Positions 28,068 to 29,585 of a stretch of 29,585 bases of DNA are shown here, piece after piece. The position numbers were made by a program, and so were the translations under genes. The DNA is from Eubacteriales bacterium (GTDB lineage: Bacteria > Bacillota > Clostridia > Oscillospirales > QAKW01). The notes under the pieces are model-generated. The model made no database searches. It was given only the letters and a program-made list of their open reading frames with translations, and was not told the origin of the DNA. The first letter of the stretch is position 1, and each line of letters opens with the position of its first letter. The DNA lies in contig JAZUOQ010000147.1 in the NCBI GenBank assembly GCA_045604775.1, forward strand, positions 1 through 29,585, written 5' to 3'.

Positions 28068-29025
28068 CAGCAAAATGCTCCGGATATAAACGTTTGGCTA
28101 AATACTCATATGCATCTGCCCATCTTGCATTAGGTTTAAAGTGAAACATATCTTTAGGCAGATATTCAAAGTTTTCGTTTTGAACTGCAGTAAGTTGTTG
28201 CCACACATTATGCGACAAAACACTGTTCATATAATTCTTTGCAGCGTCCTCATCACCCATTGTACTTATAAATATATAAGACGGATCTTCTTCAATTATC
28301 TCTTCAATACTAAGCCCGTCAAGAAGTATAGGTACATTATCTGCAATATTTTTCGCGCCTAATTGTTCAAGCATTGCAGCTGCAAAATGTTCCTTGGAAG
28401 TTTTCGCCTTTGCCGAACTTGAAGTGGAACCAGAACGAATAAACAAAATATTTTTTTGTTGTTTAATGTCTTTTACTTTTTCAATAATCTTATCTATTTG
28501 ATCTTTCACATTTATGCCATAAGTTTGATATGCTATGCTATCTTCGGTTATATCTGTACAAATCTTTAACATTTCAAGATAATCTTCAAAACAATCCACA
28601 CAGAAAATTGCACATGGTATATTTGCTCGAGTCAATAATGCAGCAGTATCAATATGGGAAGGAATATCTGCAGAACAAATAACAAAATCGGGTTTTAATG
28701 AGATAAGTAATTCATTGTTTATTATTTTACCTGCTGATGAATCAACGAGCGCTGTGTCCTCATCTACAAAACCGCGTTCAATACTTTCCCCAACTGTTAC
28801 AGAAACCATACCGCCTGAAAGAGTCCAAACCTCAGCAAAAGATGAAAAGAGAACAGCAACCTTTTGAGGTTTTTGGGTGAGTACTACATCATTGCCAACA
28901 CTATCAGTAAATGAATAATAAAAATTACTGCTCAAGTGTGAATTCGAATAAGAACATCCCGAAAGAGTAACACAAAAAATAGCAATTATTAAAATAAATT
29001 TAATAAAACAATTCCTTTTCAACAT
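28060..29025 (-). CDS. ABC substrate-binding lipoprotein (iron/heme/B12-type periplasmic binding protein family)
   Basis: Lipobox LSGC, FTDSVG...QKPQKVAVL, ELLISLKPDFVI, EEIIEEDPSYIF, WQQLTAVQN. Confidence 0.88.
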   Translation of the reverse strand: MLKRNCFIKFILIIAIFCVTLSGCSYSNSHLSSNFYYSFTDSVGNDVVLTQKPQKVAVLFSSFAEVWTLSGGMVSVTVGESIERGFVDEDTALVDSSAGKIINNELLISLKPDFVICSADIPSHIDTAALLTRANIPCAIFCVDCFEDYLEMLKICTDITEDSIAYQTYGINVKDQIDKIIEKVKDIKQQKNILFIRSGSTSSSAKAKTSKEHFAAAMLEQLGAKNIADNVPILLDGLSIEEIIEEDPSYIFISTMGDEDAAKNYMNSVLSHNVWQQLTAVQNENFEYLPKDMFHFKPNARWADAYEYLAKRLYPEHFADE

Positions 29026-29585
29026 TATCAAAACCAATTCTTTCAATCGTATCAGAGAAACGCTCACCAGCAACGCCTTTATCTTTAAACAGTAAAATAA
29101 TCTTTTCTATCATATCAAGTACTTCGTTCTCAGATGTAAACAATTTATCAAGACACTTACCGCGTGCGACACGTTTACCCCAGCGACCTCCAATATAAAT
29201 ACGATATCCCAAAACAGATTGATCAATCACTTTAAAAGGACATTTTCCTATGCATCTGCCACAATGATTACACATATTATCATCTAATATAATCTTTCCG
29301 CTTGTAAAGTTTAAAACATTTACAGGACACGCTTTTTCCAATTGACAGACCTTACAGGAACGACATTTATCAGAGTCAATTACTGGAATGCATTGGCCAA
29401 TAACACCAAGATCATTTATATCGGGTTTAACACAATTGTTCGGACAGCCGCCTACTGCAATTTTAAATTTATGAGGCAACTTCACATCGTGATACCCTTT
29501 ATAAAATCGATTATGAATTTGCTCTGATAGAGAAAATGTATCAATAAGACCAAAGTGACAGGTTGTCCCCTTACAAGAAACGATT
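29000..29585 (-). CDS. Nitrite/sulfite reductase-like (Dsr-like/AsrC-like) protein with inserted 2x[4Fe-4S] ferredoxin; 5' end outside the window
   Basis: The frame stays open to the window edge (IVSCKGTTCHFGLIDT...LPHKFKIAVGGCPNNCVKPDINDLG), with CRSCKVC and CNHCGRCIGKCP ferredoxin motifs. Confidence 0.85.
   Translation of the reverse strand, partial: IVSCKGTTCHFGLIDTFSLSEQIHNRFYKGYHDVKLPHKFKIAVGGCPNNCVKPDINDLGVIGQCIPVIDSDKCRSCKVCQLEKACPVNVLNFTSGKIILDDNMCNHCGRCIGKCPFKVIDQSVLGYRIYIGGRWGKRVARGKCLDKLFTSENEVLDMIEKIILLFKDKGVAGERFSDTIERIGFDNVEKELFY

Noticed and set aside
743-29527. Short antisense or alternate-frame ORFs in the track (e.g. 743-1192, 4593-4895, 5659-6060, 12346-12633, 15285-15584, 18102-18419, 19990-20424, 24418-24659, 25097-25393)
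   Set aside because: They overlap well-supported genes or promoters, lack SD sites and recognisable motifs, and have composition typical of shadow ORFs.
1-29585. Replication terminus suggested by the strand switch at 22263; also CRISPR arrays, IS elements, tRNA/rRNA and prophage
   Set aside because: The strand switch is an ordinary convergent junction, and spot counts showed no clear skew change. I saw no repeat-spacer array, transposase, integrase, cloverleaf or phage gene.

Overview
Low-GC (by eye roughly one-third G+C) Firmicute chromosomal window. Gene content and protein style suggest a spore-forming Clostridia member, possibly Oscillospirales (inference). Most of it is housekeeping: DUF951-prfA-sua5-coaE-slt-M18 aminopeptidase-DUF1015; dacF-like, pgi and a small P-loop protein; ylxM-ffh-rpsP-khpA-rimM-trmD; and a minus-strand run of a sulfite-reductase-like protein, an iron/B12-type ABC importer, uvrC, rsmD, coaD, a SepIVA-like protein and DUF1624. 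I see no mobile element, rRNA, tRNA or CRISPR array. Most notable observations: (1) a lipoprotein serpin fused to a PrcB-like domain, whose reading frame continues after a one-base shift in an A5 run into two further domains, the last PepSY-like, which would give a ~726-aa multi-module protease inhibitor; (2) a 1682-aa SLH-anchored surface protein with two tandem ~510-aa beta-helix-like modules and a 9+12+9 direct repeat upstream of its promoter; (3) a 17-bp perfect palindrome over the ylxM-ffh promoter; (4) two GAAA-tetraloop hairpins between pgi and an uncharacterised P-loop gene; (5) a Dsr-like reductase gene overlapping a metal/tetrapyrrole-type ABC importer operon. Family assignments come from motif recognition by eye; no database searches were run.
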